Shown here: one piece after another, positions 11,950-23,730 of the stretch
Position numbering within the stretch: the stretch's first letter is position 1
Layout: the number at the start of each line of letters is the position of its first letter
Assembly: GCF_001194135.2 (NCBI RefSeq)
Contig: NC_068993.1
Span: forward strand, 23,572,024 to 23,636,023
DNA: 64,000 nt
DNA from: Octopus bimaculoides
Taxonomy: Eukaryota
Direction of reading: 5' to 3'
Notes under the pieces: generated by a model
Told to the model about the DNA's origin: nothing
Databases searched by the model: none
What the model saw: the letters and a program-made list of their open reading frames with translations, nothing else
Position numbers and translations under genes: made by a program

Positions 11950-14650
11950 GCCTGACAAAGCTGTCTGGAACTATCTGGAGAAAGGAGTGAACAGGCGATT
12001 GTGTAGTGCCGCCAAATAACCAGTGAAACAAACCGCTAGCGATAACGGTGTGAGGAGGACTGGAACCAATGTTGAAGGTACTGCTCCTTGCAGGTGTCCC
12101 ATTGTGTTGCAGGGAAGGTCCGTTTGTAATCCTGCAACTGTTAATCCTGCTGCGAGAGAAAAGTAGGGTAAAGAAATAAATATTATGGTTATGCTGTGTT
12201 CCAGTAATTACAAATGGCGCACCGGTGACTTAATACAGATAACGAATGCCCAAAAATGGAAGGGAATTGAATTATTTCAAATTACAGAACAGAGCAATAC
12301 GAAAGAATGAGTCGTTACCCGAGTTGGAGTCAGAAACTCAAAATAATATCTGGGGATGCTGAGAGTATGAGAAACGAAAGTGGCATAATGGAAGAAAGAA
12401 ACAAGTGCTCACGAAAATATCTTTGCATGAGTGGTGAAAATATCGAGATTGGAGAACAACTAAACGATGAAGACCTAAAACGATTTTATAAAGAAACTAA
12501 TGATAACTTTGCATACAAAAGATTAGTTCCAGGTACAGAATAAATTCGACAGTTTTATGGGGTGATGTGAAGTAAAGAAGAACAACATACTGGAGCTGAA
12601 TGACTCTGCAGTCTGATGCAAACAGCTTTCTATCCCCAGCACAAAAGCTATCCTCTTTATCGAGGAAATTATCAGAAATGTAATCGAAACGATGACCAAC
12701 TGGAAAGCAGCTGGACCTCAGTGTGCACAGGGATTTTGGTTAAAAGAGTGGAGTTCAGTAGGTGCTATAAATTGATTAGAGATCAATTTAATGAATTAAT
12801 TAATAGAACAAAAGAAATTCCAGGATAGTTGGCTGATGGACGAAGGGTGTTGTGTTTGAAGGATGTATCAAAAGGAAATGCAAGTTGACAATTACAGACC
12901 GATTTCTTGCCTTCCATCGATGTGGAAGTTACTGTTACAAGGGATTGCAGAACAAATGTATAAATTTCTTGATGATAATGAAATTTTACCAATGGAGTAA
13001 AAGGTGTTTTAGGGGGAAATGCAAAGGCTTCAAAGATCAACTATTAATTGTGAAAATGAGAATGAAAGATTTTAATCGAAGGAGGCAAAATTGGGAATGG
13101 CCTGGGCTGATTACCGCTGAGCTTACGACATGATTCTACATACTTAGATTTGCAAGGAATGTCACATGTTTTATGAAGAGAAGTATGGTGGGTTAGAAAA
13201 CTGAGTTGACATCAAGCAGACTAAGTTTGGACATTTCAGGCATAAAGAGAGGGAATTTCCAAGGAGATAGATTATCTTTGATGCTCTTTATACTTTGCAT
13301 GATCCCTTTCAACTTGATACTGGAGAAATTGAAGCTGAGAAATCAATTCAAGGGAAACGCAAAAAATCAATCATCTTCTATTCCTGTATGATTTGAAGCT
13401 GTATGGCAAGGATGAGGTAAAAGTGAATTCATTGGTGAACACTATTCACGGTTGAAGAACTGATGCTAAAATTGAATTCGGACATAAAAATTGTGATGCA
13501 CTGAGTCTGAAAAGAGGTAAGGTGCAATCCTTGACAGTGATTGAATTACGACATGGAGAAGTAATGAAACAATTTGAAAAGAAAGGTAATAATTACCTTG
13601 GCATACGAGAGTTCAATGAAATTATGGAGAAGGAAATTGAAGAATAGCTGAAGAAAGAGTATCTGTGAACGCTACGATTGGTGTTATGCATAAAATTGAC
13701 TGAATGAAATAGATTCCAAGTAGTATATGCAAAGACAATAGCATCATATCAGTATGGAGTTATCAAAAGAAAGAATTGGAGATAATTAATAGGAAGACAT
13801 GTCCGGAATAAAGGGCAGGAGAGGTTTGATTGTTTGCCAGGATTGTGAAGAATAAGAAGTAAAAATGTAATGGAACCATTGCTGATGCTTGCGAAGACTG
13901 TTATGTTCAAACCTGATAATTGTATTGAGAAAGAGAAATTTAAAGAGAAGAAAAGCTCGATAAAATACATTACATGAAGGGAAAAATTGTACGGTCAGTT
14001 TCCAAGAAATACGAGCACAAAGACAGATGCAGAAGGCCAGTGGTCATGTATGTGGGGGAGTGATTTGGAAATAGAAACAGAAGCATTTATATGCGTTGCA
14101 CAAGAACACGCATTGAGGACAAACTATGTCAAGTGCAGAAGTCATAAAACAACAGAGAGCGACGAATGCAGAATGTGTGGTGAAAAGGGCAAAGCAGTGT
14201 GACACATTGTTACTGAATGTCCAAAATTGGCACAACCTGTGTACAAAAGGTAATATGACAAAGTGACAAGAATGATCCATTTGGAGCTTCGTGGAAATTA
14301 TAGCCTTCCAAACTCAAAGACGTGGTATGACCATATCTCAAGGAGTTACTGAGACTAAAGGCTGCAAAATCTTATGGGATGCAAATCAAACATCGAAAAT
14401 GTGACATTGTTGTGAACAGAAAAGAAAACAAAAACTTGCCTGTTAATTGACAAGGAGAAAAAATAGTGCAGCATCATAGGTGTAGCTACATCTGTGGACA
14501 TGAAAGTAACGGCCACAGACTTTACAACTCCTTTATAGAAATTGCTATAACTGCAAGAGTTGCATTGATTCAGAAATCAGCTCTGTTGGGAACAACAAGG
14601 ATTCTCAGAAAGGTTCACGGTATGTGAGGAAACTGATTGTGACTCGGTAT
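11950..14650 (+). mobile_element. Near-full-length decayed R4/Dong-like LINE
   Basis: Motifs in order: WKAAGP..QGFWLK (12700-12750), [17 protein letters not shown] (12890-12950), KGFKDQLLI, G.FQGD.LS.MLFILCMIP (13240-13310), DLKLYGKD, YLGI, YGQF, ETEAFICVAQEHALRTNY, CRMCGEK...HIVTECPKLAQ, KILWD, LIQKSALLGTTRILRKV. Many stops and frameshifts. Confidence 0.9.
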
Positions 14651-14869
14651 CAAGGACATTGAGTTCGTATGTAAAACATTCGTGCACATTATGAATAATA
14701 ATAAAGATGCTAGGATATATGTCATTGTAACGTGCATACAGGTATGATCTCGACCCGACATCGATATCGTTTACAAAACATCTCATGTATGTGTGATGGT
14801 GCATTTACCATGCACTTTTTATATCAGAATGAAACAGAAAGAATAAGAATCGTTTGATGAGTACAGTCA

Positions 14870-15130
14870 TTTGTGATACAAGACTGGGCATCTATGGGAA
14901 CGTAAGAGTGTAAAGGTACTGCCACTAGTCATCAGAGCCTTGGGTAGTAAAAGCAGAAATTTGGAGGAGCCCCATGGTTGCAACATAAATTATGTTACGT
15001 AGAAAGCCTGTTTATTAGGGGCAGCAAGAATCTTAAGAAAGGTGCTGGATACCTAATATCGTGGGACGTGACTTGATATCCAGCAAAATAAACCGGCTTA
15101 ACACATGAGAACTAAGAATAATAATAATAA
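14870..15130 (+). mobile_element. Second RLE LINE 3' end
   Basis: VKVLPLVIRALG ... LLGAARILRKVLDT*, short UTR and (AAT)n tail at 15117-15130. Confidence 0.72.
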
Positions 15131-15634
15131 AACCTTAAGTGTTGTAAGATAAAAAGTGACGTAATGGGCTCCAAATTTCAAGACGAAACGGAGAATTAGA
15201 GACTTATGTATATAATTATGATTAGTGCATTTCTGAGAGTTTCAAATTCTTTGTGAGAAGCTCAAAATGCGTTTGATTTAAATGCTATTGTCCATACCCT
15301 GTATAGTTAAATAGACTAGATATGAATATGGTTTGCTAATTTATCTCAAATCCATGTGTCTTTGCGGATGTTTGTACGTGCGTGTTTCCGGTTGAGATAT
15401 CGTGTTCACAATTACAAAAGAACTCGAAGTTATTTCTGATTTTCCTTTTGGTCTTCACATGTAATTTTACCTGAAATTTAACATTTACATGCATTTACAA
15501 TGGAACGTTTGTGTACGAAAGTAGGAGCATTTCCGTAAAATTAATTTATACAATTTCAAATATTTTTCCTGAACTTCAAAATACTCATTTAATAATATAT
15601 TTCTTCTACAGTGCATTCGTATCGAATGCAGATA

Positions 15635-16507
15635 CAGGGTGTCCCAAAAGTCGCTGATGCGTTTCAATTTTCAATAGTTTCCTTAACTTTACAAATAAAT
15701 GCATAAAGTTTTGATATAATGGACATTAATATGCATGAGTCAAATTTTGCAACACCACTATATCACATATGAAAAATGACATCGCTTAAATGGCAGACAT
15801 GTTCGGCTTCGCACGCTTATGCTCTTTCCGACACTTGCCCCATTAACACTCTTAAGAGTTTCAGACCCCACTTCTCTTGTTTCTCTATTGATGTTCTCAT
15901 TCAATTGCACCAGGCTCTCCGGTTTGTTGACGTAAATCCTCTATTTCAAGTATCCCCACAAGAAAAGAATCTGGGCTTGTTTGGGGAACGTGAAGGCCAT
16001 TCAAAGTAGACCTCACACATGGTTCCAACAAGATAGAACAACCCCTCATACCACAACAGAAACAATGCAGTTGCTACGGCAGTGCTTTGGAGAGAGAGAA
16101 TAATCTCCCGCTACGGCAACGTCAACTGCCTTCACGTTCCCCAGAGTTGACTAACCCGGATTTTTTCTTCTCGGGATACCTGAAAGAGAGTGCTTAAGTC
16201 AACAAACCGGAGACCATGGTACAACTGAAGGCGAGCATCAATAGAGAAATCAGACAAGTAGGGTCTGAGACTCTTGAGGGTGTTATGGTGCAAGTTTTGG
16301 TAAGGGCATGGGCTTGCGAAGCCGAAAATGGCTGCCATTTAAGCGATGTCATTTTTCATATGTGATGTAGTGGTGTTGCAAAATTTGACTTGTGCACTTT
16401 AATTTCCATTATGTCCTTTATATTGTACCAAAATTTAATACATTTATTTGTAAAGTTAAAGAAGTTATTAAAACTGAAATCCCATCAGTTCCCTTTGGGA
16501 TATCTTG
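15635..16507. mobile_element. Tc1/mariner (rosa/DD41D-like) foldback derivative with TA target sites
   Basis: TA|cagggtgtcccaaa ... tttgggatatcttg|TA. Arms of about 370 bp are inverted copies. The + strand reads WFQQDRTTPHT...IISRYGNVN(W)PSRSPELTNPDFF.SGYLK, with 41 residues between the two Asp after correcting a 1-bp deletion. Confidence 0.88.
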
Positions 16508-19119
16508 TATATTTGTTTTATAAAAGTTCTTTGGAGACACATTTCAGTTAACTTTCTATGTATATAATATTACCCTTTCAGTCACTACAGAATATCATTT
16601 ACATATATTTTTTGCATATCACTTTTATTTGCAGAAGGCATTTTGTTTTTGCTAAATGTCAGTTTACTTTCTAAAGAGAACATTTATATTGTTGTAGTCG
16701 TATAGGTATCACATTATTACATAAGCCCGTTTACGAAACATACCCGGTTATCGGATATAATTCAACATTATTATATACCTTATTACTTTTCCAGACATTT
16801 GTTTTTGTATACAATTCATATTAAGCAACCAAAAGGACCATTATGTAGGAAACATTATACAGGTAGTGGAAAGGCAAAGACACTAAAGCAGAGACTTTGA
16901 ACAACAGTTAAAAACGGAAAGTACGGTGGAAGGATAATTCACTTGAATAAAATCAAATGATTTGTATTGATGGCAATACCTTTTCTAAAACTCACAAAAA
17001 CAAAGAAACAATGCATAGTGACGGCAGTTGGTGCCTAATAATGAATATAAGACTGAAGAATTAATCGAAGACTAAATAATGCAAATGCAATACGAAATAT
17101 CAAAGAATTGGGTGTGTGAGGAAGTCGAACAATAGTTTCCATCATTAGGAATGTGGTCATTACCTCATCACTCATGCTTTCGGGTTGACGAAGAACTATG
17201 ATAGCTGTTTTTAAAATAATATTTTTAATTTGCCTAGTATCTGTATGCATGAGACTGATTTTATGCTGGCTACCCTCAAAATCTATAATGTTTAAGTGCA
17301 AAATGTATAAATAGGAATGCATGAAACTGCATTGGACACTTAATGGCTCTTGAGAGGTGCCTTGCACTAAACCAGTCAATGTAATAAATACAAACAGACG
17401 ATAATTGAGTGTAAATATGGCTCCATTTTTTAAAATGAATATTTTCAGTTTTGCTGTAATGATACAAGGTTCAAGTCTTATTGTATTTTACGTAAATCAA
17501 CTCCGAAAATTCTCAAAAAATTCAAACTAAGAGCATACTATTATATCTCTTTTCAATTTAGGAAAACCCAGATTCAAAGGTGACAATTTCTAGCTGCTGT
17601 ATATCATGTTCTGTCATTTGATGTAATTTCTCATAGGAAAAAAGCAAAGTTCGTTGCCCAAAATTACATCAATCGTATATACGTTGAAAAATGAGCAGCA
17701 AATGAGTATTATGATCCTTTTGAATGAACACACATTTACTTTAACATAACTTATTGTATGAGCAAAAGGATAATTGGAATTTGAATGTGATTGCAACAGC
17801 TTAATTCGGTCATTGGTCCATATACAACGGGAAGGTAGACTAGATATCGAATATGCCATTCTCCGGATATTGATTCTGAGAGAGAAAGCACGAACTTTAT
17901 TTCTCATCTAGTATGAACAAAACCTATATATCAATTAATGTTCCATTCCTTCTTCTAGGTACTTGCAGAACATCAAGAAAAAATTAGTTCTGTGTTACAG
18001 CCTTTTTCCCATGCCATTATTGAAAACATAAGAAAAAAATGGGAACATTTGGTCAGTTTTCCAAATGTTCGATAGTATATCCATCATTGCTTGCTGAAAT
18101 AGTTTCGCTTTTAAAGAAGTATCTTACTATCGTTAAAGAAGCTTCAAAGATAAATTGCCTTCTAAGGTTAAGTCAAAGTAGCTCATTAATCAGTTGATGA
18201 AGGAAACATATTACTGAGGATTCGAGTAGACATGGAGAAATATGAAAATGTAGTATTCAAACAAAATTTTGTTCTGAGTCACATTAAAGTACTTGATAGT
18301 TTTCACCAAATATGATTAGATAAATGTTGCGAGAAGAAATGATTTCTCATATTTGGAATCGGTCTTTGATATTGCTTAGTTATCCACTTTTATAAAGCAT
18401 AAGGTTAACGATCTCCAAACAATAATAAATTTGCAAGATATTGATATGCAAATATAGTAATATTAATTTAATGCTAGTAAACCGAAAACATTGGGTAAAA
18501 TTTAAATTTGTATGGCAGCGTAAATATGACTGCAGTGTAAGTAACATGATTTGTGATTGAGAAAATACACACGACCTGAGCAAGAACTTATGAAAATATT
18601 TGATTGTAATAACAGTCTTAGTCAACTTTCGGTAGAATTCAGATTGTAATGTTTTGATCTCCTTTTAATTGGTTGCAACTGGCATTTATTTATATTGTGC
18701 TAAACTTTCAGAATAGGATGCAAGCAGCAGGTGTTCAAAATGTAACACCGGCTGAACTTTTTAATATGACACATTGTGACTAGAAAGGCTAAAGTGCATC
18801 ATCATATAATGCTATATTTGGTATAAGTTTAAAAGTAATGGCAATCGGCTGAAACATAATTTAGAAGGTTGGTAACAAATTCAACATAAAAAGTTTCTTA
18901 CTAATCTGAAGATATTAAAATTGCATAAGTGTAAGCTAATCCTTGCTTATAGCTGCGACGTTCACCACGGTGTCTATAATTTTAAAGGTATTGAAAGGAT
19001 CTCATACTGTTTGTTGGCTGCTGCCGAATATATTGTTTTAACAATCAGCACGAAAAAGACTGAAATGATACACCAAGCACACCAAAACAGGAATACTTCC
19101 CTAGTAATCTAGAAATCAA

Positions 19120-19334
19120 ATCGGTTTCATATTTTGGACCAAGGCCAGCAATTTCGGGGTAAAGTGTTAATCAGCTACATCGACCCCTCTATGCAATTGG
19201 TCTTTATTTTATTTACTTCGAATGGCAGAATGGCAAATTTCACCTGGGCGCAATTTGCACACAACGTAAAGACAGACAAAATACCGCAAATCATGTTTTC
19301 CCGTGCGGTAAAGAGTCTGCTAGTTCGCCGCCTT
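19120..19334 (-). mobile_element. Family-A SINE
   Basis: Reverse complement of the 96-325 family; head ends ...ttcgccgcctt. Confidence 0.75.
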
Positions 19335-19364
19335 AATCTTTAAAACACTATTGATGCTCAAAGT

Positions 19365-19560
19365 AAGGCGGCGAGATGGCAGAATCATTAACATGCCGGG
19401 CAAAATGGTTAGCAGCAATTTGTCCTTCTTTACGTTGTAAGTTCAAATTTCGCTTTTCATCATTTCGGATTTGATAAAATAATCCCAAATGTGCACTGGG
19501 CTCAATAAAACTGATATACTCACTCCCACGTAATTGCTGGCCTGGTATCAAACTTTGAAA
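19365..19560 (+). mobile_element. Family-A SINE
   Basis: aaggcggcgagatggcagaatcattaacatgccgggcaaaatggttagc... Confidence 0.78.
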
Positions 19561-20117
19561 TAAATATCGATGATCAAAAAATTTTACAAGCTTGGACATT
19601 ATATTCGTTAGTAAAACAACCATGGATTATCTTGTTTCTCCTAGAATTGGAAAAATCAATAGTTGCCATTATACTTCGTTCATGTGATTTCAATTTACTA
19701 CCTTTTCTGAAATAGTTTTAAATAATAGTTTTGCTACTGCATTTAAATCATGTTGAAATGATGTTAAACTCAATCCTTTTTGTATGAATTAAATAATTCC
19801 TACATTTTGTTGACTATGGAAAAGTCGTTTAGATATACATTTAACTAATGTCACGATTATTATGTCTTCTTTTATGGATATTAATTTAATGCTTTAGGTT
19901 TTCAACAATTCTAGAATGATTTCAGAACACTCTGTACCATCATTTCCTTCCACGAATCAAAACTCCATCATCATATACGTTACAGCGTATAAACTTTGTT
20001 CCTTTAGAATACGGATGTACCACAAATGCACATCAATAGACTGCTTTATAGTATTGTGTATTAATATTACAATTGCTAAGTTATAGTACCAATCCGAACA
20101 TGGTTTTAAAACAACCG

Positions 20118-21273
20118 TGTTATGATGGAAGTGTTGTCATAACATTCCTGCCTTGTAAGTCATACTTAAGTGTTTGCTATGTGATTCAGCTGGACGGTCA
20201 TTTAAACAGATTGTGTGAGAAGTCTAGATGGCTGACGATAGGATTGAACTAGGATAGAATAACTAAAGAATTTACATTAAACTAACTTTTTTTTACATCA
20301 TCAAAACAAAACATTGCATAACAATAATTCAATAACATAGTACTTGCTTCTGAAATAACACATGTAACAATAGCGTTTCCAAGCATTTAACAAAGTTTCA
20401 GAACAATAACAAAGTCTACAATCATTTCACGTAATCATAAAGTTTGGAATCAAAGTTCGTGTCTCAAAAGTCAATTAAAAGTTCTTTTTGCTTCTTTTGC
20501 TTTGCTTTTCTTTTCCTCCTTTTAACACAGTTAACAAAAGTTCTTTTTATTCTTTCTTTTTCAACCAGTTAACATCACAATTAACAAAGTTCTTTTTCTT
20601 TTAACAACATGTAACAAACGCAAGAACATTTTTCTTTAAAGATATAAGCAAAACATTTTACCGTAACAAATTCAAATCTCCCACTGCAATGACAAGAACT
20701 GACCAACGTAGTCTACTACACTCTTTTGCCTGCCACAACAGTTCCATCTCTCTGTCCCTCTCTCTCTCAGACTCTATCCATTTCGGTCTCTGGTACCTTG
20801 TGTCAATAGCCTCTTTCTGTCAGCCTCTCTGTTCATCTTGCTTCTCTACTGGCTGCTGGCCTTTTACATCGAACTCGAGTTCTTCACCCAATGACTTTGT
20901 TTACAACAACTCCCTGTCCATCTTCACTGGCTGCTGTGTTTACACCAACTGCGTTTACACCAACTGCTCTGTCCATCTTCACTGGCTGCTGCTGTCACTC
21001 CAACTGCGTTCACACCAACCGGGTTTCGCAAATGTATGCTCTCGTATTTATGACAGATACCGTAGCTCACAGTGCTCCTTTACCCTCTCCAAAGCTGGGT
21101 CAGTTTAGTACAGTTCCTACTTGTTTTTCTAAACTTTCGATGACCGGAAAGGGTCAGAGATCACACTCCTGCGCTATAAATAACCGTGCTCGTTGACAGG
21201 ACAAAGGAAATACCATTGTCCCGAATAACTAGCAAACGGTTTCAAACTCAGCTCGGGGAATAGAGACATAACA
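20118..21273. mobile_element. Unclassified LTR-like element bounded by TGTTATG...CATAACA
   Basis: 7-bp terminal inverted motif TGT...ACA. Internal direct repeats: ctgtccatcttcactggctgctg x2 and (g)tt(t/c)acaccaact x3. No matching TSD seen. Confidence 0.4.
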
Positions 21274-21439
21274 TTATTTTTTGTTTATCGGCGTCCGTAT
21301 TAATAAGTTATTAAGCAATTATTAACGGACGTTATTTATGCAGTTTTTAAATTCTATTTGTATATTTTGGAAATATTTTACAAAGTTTGTAACATTCAGT
21401 TTAATGATCGTTAGCACAAAAATATATCTCAAATGAGCA

Positions 21440-21442
<3 letters not shown>

Positions 21443-21472
<30 letters not shown>
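21443..21472. repeat. (TA)n microsatellite
   Basis: Directly visible. Confidence 0.97.
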
Positions 21473-21476
<4 letters not shown>

Positions 21477-21613
21477 TGAAATAGAGAAATGCAATTGAGA
21501 AACTAATAATTTATTTACTTTATAATATTATATAATATGCTATAAGAAATATTATATAATATAACATATAATTTAAAGAAACATATAAATTTAAAATTTA
21601 AAAAAAAACATAT

Positions 21614-21694
21614 AAACCCAACAATTTATTTCGACTTATATACATTAGTTGATTTATAAGATGTTCCTATGTATACAAACCTCTTCAGGGCCTT
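21614..21694 (-). ncRNA. Degenerate type-I hammerhead ribozyme motif (PLE pLTR relic)
   Basis: Minus strand: aaggcc CUGAAGA ggtttgtatacatag...ctaatgtatataagtc GAAA taaattg UU gggttt. Stem II is long and well paired; stems I and III are imperfect. Confidence 0.5.
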
Positions 21695-21988
21695 GGTCCA
21701 AAAAGACAGAAGAAATTCCATGTAAATGACTGCAAAATTGCAAAAGGTTACAGATTCAAAATACCTATGTTTAAGAGAATGAGCGTTAAAATTCAAATAT
21801 ATAATAAGTACAATGAAAGAAAATCAAATTTCAAATGGATAAAATAATTATGTAAAGCAAATTTACAATAATCATAAAATGTTTTTTTTTTATATCTCCA
21901 ATAATATTAATCTAAATGTGGTATTCAACTGGTGCAGTATTAAAATGGATGCTTTACATCACTTTGAAGGAATTGTTTCTTCTTCGTC

Positions 21989-21997
21989 TTGTGTGTG

Positions 21998-22060
<63 letters not shown>
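21989..22060. repeat. (TG)n-(CG)n-(TG)n alternating purine-pyrimidine tract
   Basis: Directly visible. Confidence 0.95.
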
Positions 22061-22544
22061 TAAGAAACTGTTCTGTATTTTCTGCCTGTATTTAGAAGTT
22101 CATTTAGATTTTCGGTAAAGTTAGTTTTGTACAGAAACATTAATTATCCTACTTTAATGTTCTTTCTACATTGAGTTGCACTTGAATTGAAACATAAAAT
22201 TCTAGCCTTCTATAATTCATTTCGTACATGAATTTATATGAATTCGTGAGTGTTTCAATTTTCATTTTATTTGAGGGTTTTCCAGTAAACACTGACAATG
22301 CCGTTGTTATAGTAATGGCAATTTCTTTTCTTTTAATATGGATGGGTATTTTCTCTTTTCGGAATTTCCTGAGCTTGACTTCATATCGTTCTTCAGTATC
22401 TTATATGTTTCTCCGAAGTAAATATTACAGTGGCGACATCAATATAATTGTTTCCTCTGCAGTTTCATTGTCTTTTATTTATTTTATCATTTCGAGGCCA
22501 GTTTTACGCAACGTGAGATCTAAATTATAAACCCATTGCAACAT

Positions 22545-22691
22545 TATTCACATTGTTAGCATTTGGTGGATATTTATCTTCATCTTGTTTGTTGTAAACA
22601 CAACGTTTCGGCTGATATACCCTCCAGTCGTCATCAGGTGTCTTGGGCAAATTTCGAACCGGGGTTCTCATTCCTAAGGTATTTTTGGATG

Positions 22692-22754
<63 letters not shown>

Positions 22755-22925
22755 TCACTGCTTGGAATCGAACTCGGAATCTGGGGGCTGGTACCCTGCG
22801 ATCTTAACCATTACACCATATGCCCGTCGGACAAGATAGGAACACATATCCGTCAAATGTAAGTAATGTATATAATGTACACAATTCCTCATATCTTAAA
22901 TATAGAACTGTAGAACCATTACAAC
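22545..22925 (-). mobile_element. Composite SINE-like element: tRNA-like head + (AAT)n + hammerhead-bearing PLE-type tail, flanked by inverted tail copies
   Basis: Minus strand has A box TGGTGTAATGG (22818-22808), B box GTTCGATTCC (22773-22764), (AAT)n and an HHR. The tail motif recurs inverted at about 22833-22915 and in + orientation at 30500-30695. Confidence 0.75.
22597..22644 (-). ncRNA. Minimal type-I hammerhead ribozyme
   Basis: aGACAC CUGAUGA c GACUG-gagggtatat-CAGCC GAAA CG UU GUGUU. Stem I GACAC/GUGUU, intact core, stem III is the palindrome ACGU, cleavage triplet GUU. Confidence 0.72.
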
Positions 22926-23659
22926 ATTTAGAAGATAACATAATGCAGTGAGTGCTTCAGGGTATATGCTCTTGGTTAATCTGTATACACAGGAAGGATA
23001 TGAAATTTGTCAGCTATGAAAATGTGAGGAAGCTTGTGTGAACAAGTGAAAGCTGTGATATGCATATTAGCAATGGTATTTAATGCAAAGATGTCATTCA
23101 CAATCTAAAACTAATCTACGAATATAATATTAATGGATGTTACGTGCTAATATAAGCCCCTCGTGAATTGCTTGCTTCTGAAAGAGGTATGTCGACAAAT
23201 TATTACTTCGGGCCATAATCAGTTTGGTAAATAATTGAATGTCGTGCATTCCCGAGAATACAGTCACCAAATGCAAGTGAAGTATATAAGTTAAAGCAGT
23301 GCTGTAAACTCAAAAAACTTGCTTTGCAACCAGCTTGTCCGAGCATTGTTCACACAACGTCAGATCTTCAGCAAGTGTCTCCAATTAAAGTGTCCGATAT
23401 TATGCATTCCAAGAGTATGTTATTAAATAAAATTGGTGCAGAAGCTTATCAGCTTATGTACGTGTGGCGGTGTTTACATTTCCTGCGTGTAATACAAGAA
23501 AGAGATATCGACAAATTAAAAAGGAACAAACAAATACATGAATGTATATCGTTTGCTAAGAATATATTGGCGATGAAGCTATGCATTATCAGTAAAACAA
23601 AATATTTTCTTTTCTCCACTTTTACGCAAAGGATAATAGTGCACATAGTAGCATGCGCG

Positions 23660-23730
23660 CGTATACACATGCACGCAAGCGCGCACGCACACACACACAC
23701 ACACACACACATGCACATACACATGCACAT
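23660..23730. repeat. (CA)n/(CG) microsatellite
   Basis: Directly visible. Confidence 0.93.

Noticed and set aside
12050-12170. Possible HDV-like ribozyme at the R4 5' end (tccttgcaggt resembles L3/P3)
   Set aside because: Could not close P1, P1.1 and P2 by eye; unsupported without a covariance search.
22755-22830. tRNA gene
   Set aside because: A and B boxes are present but there is no convincing cloverleaf or acceptor stem, and it is embedded in a repeat; treated as a SINE head. The same applies to 32897-32970 and 61836-61900.
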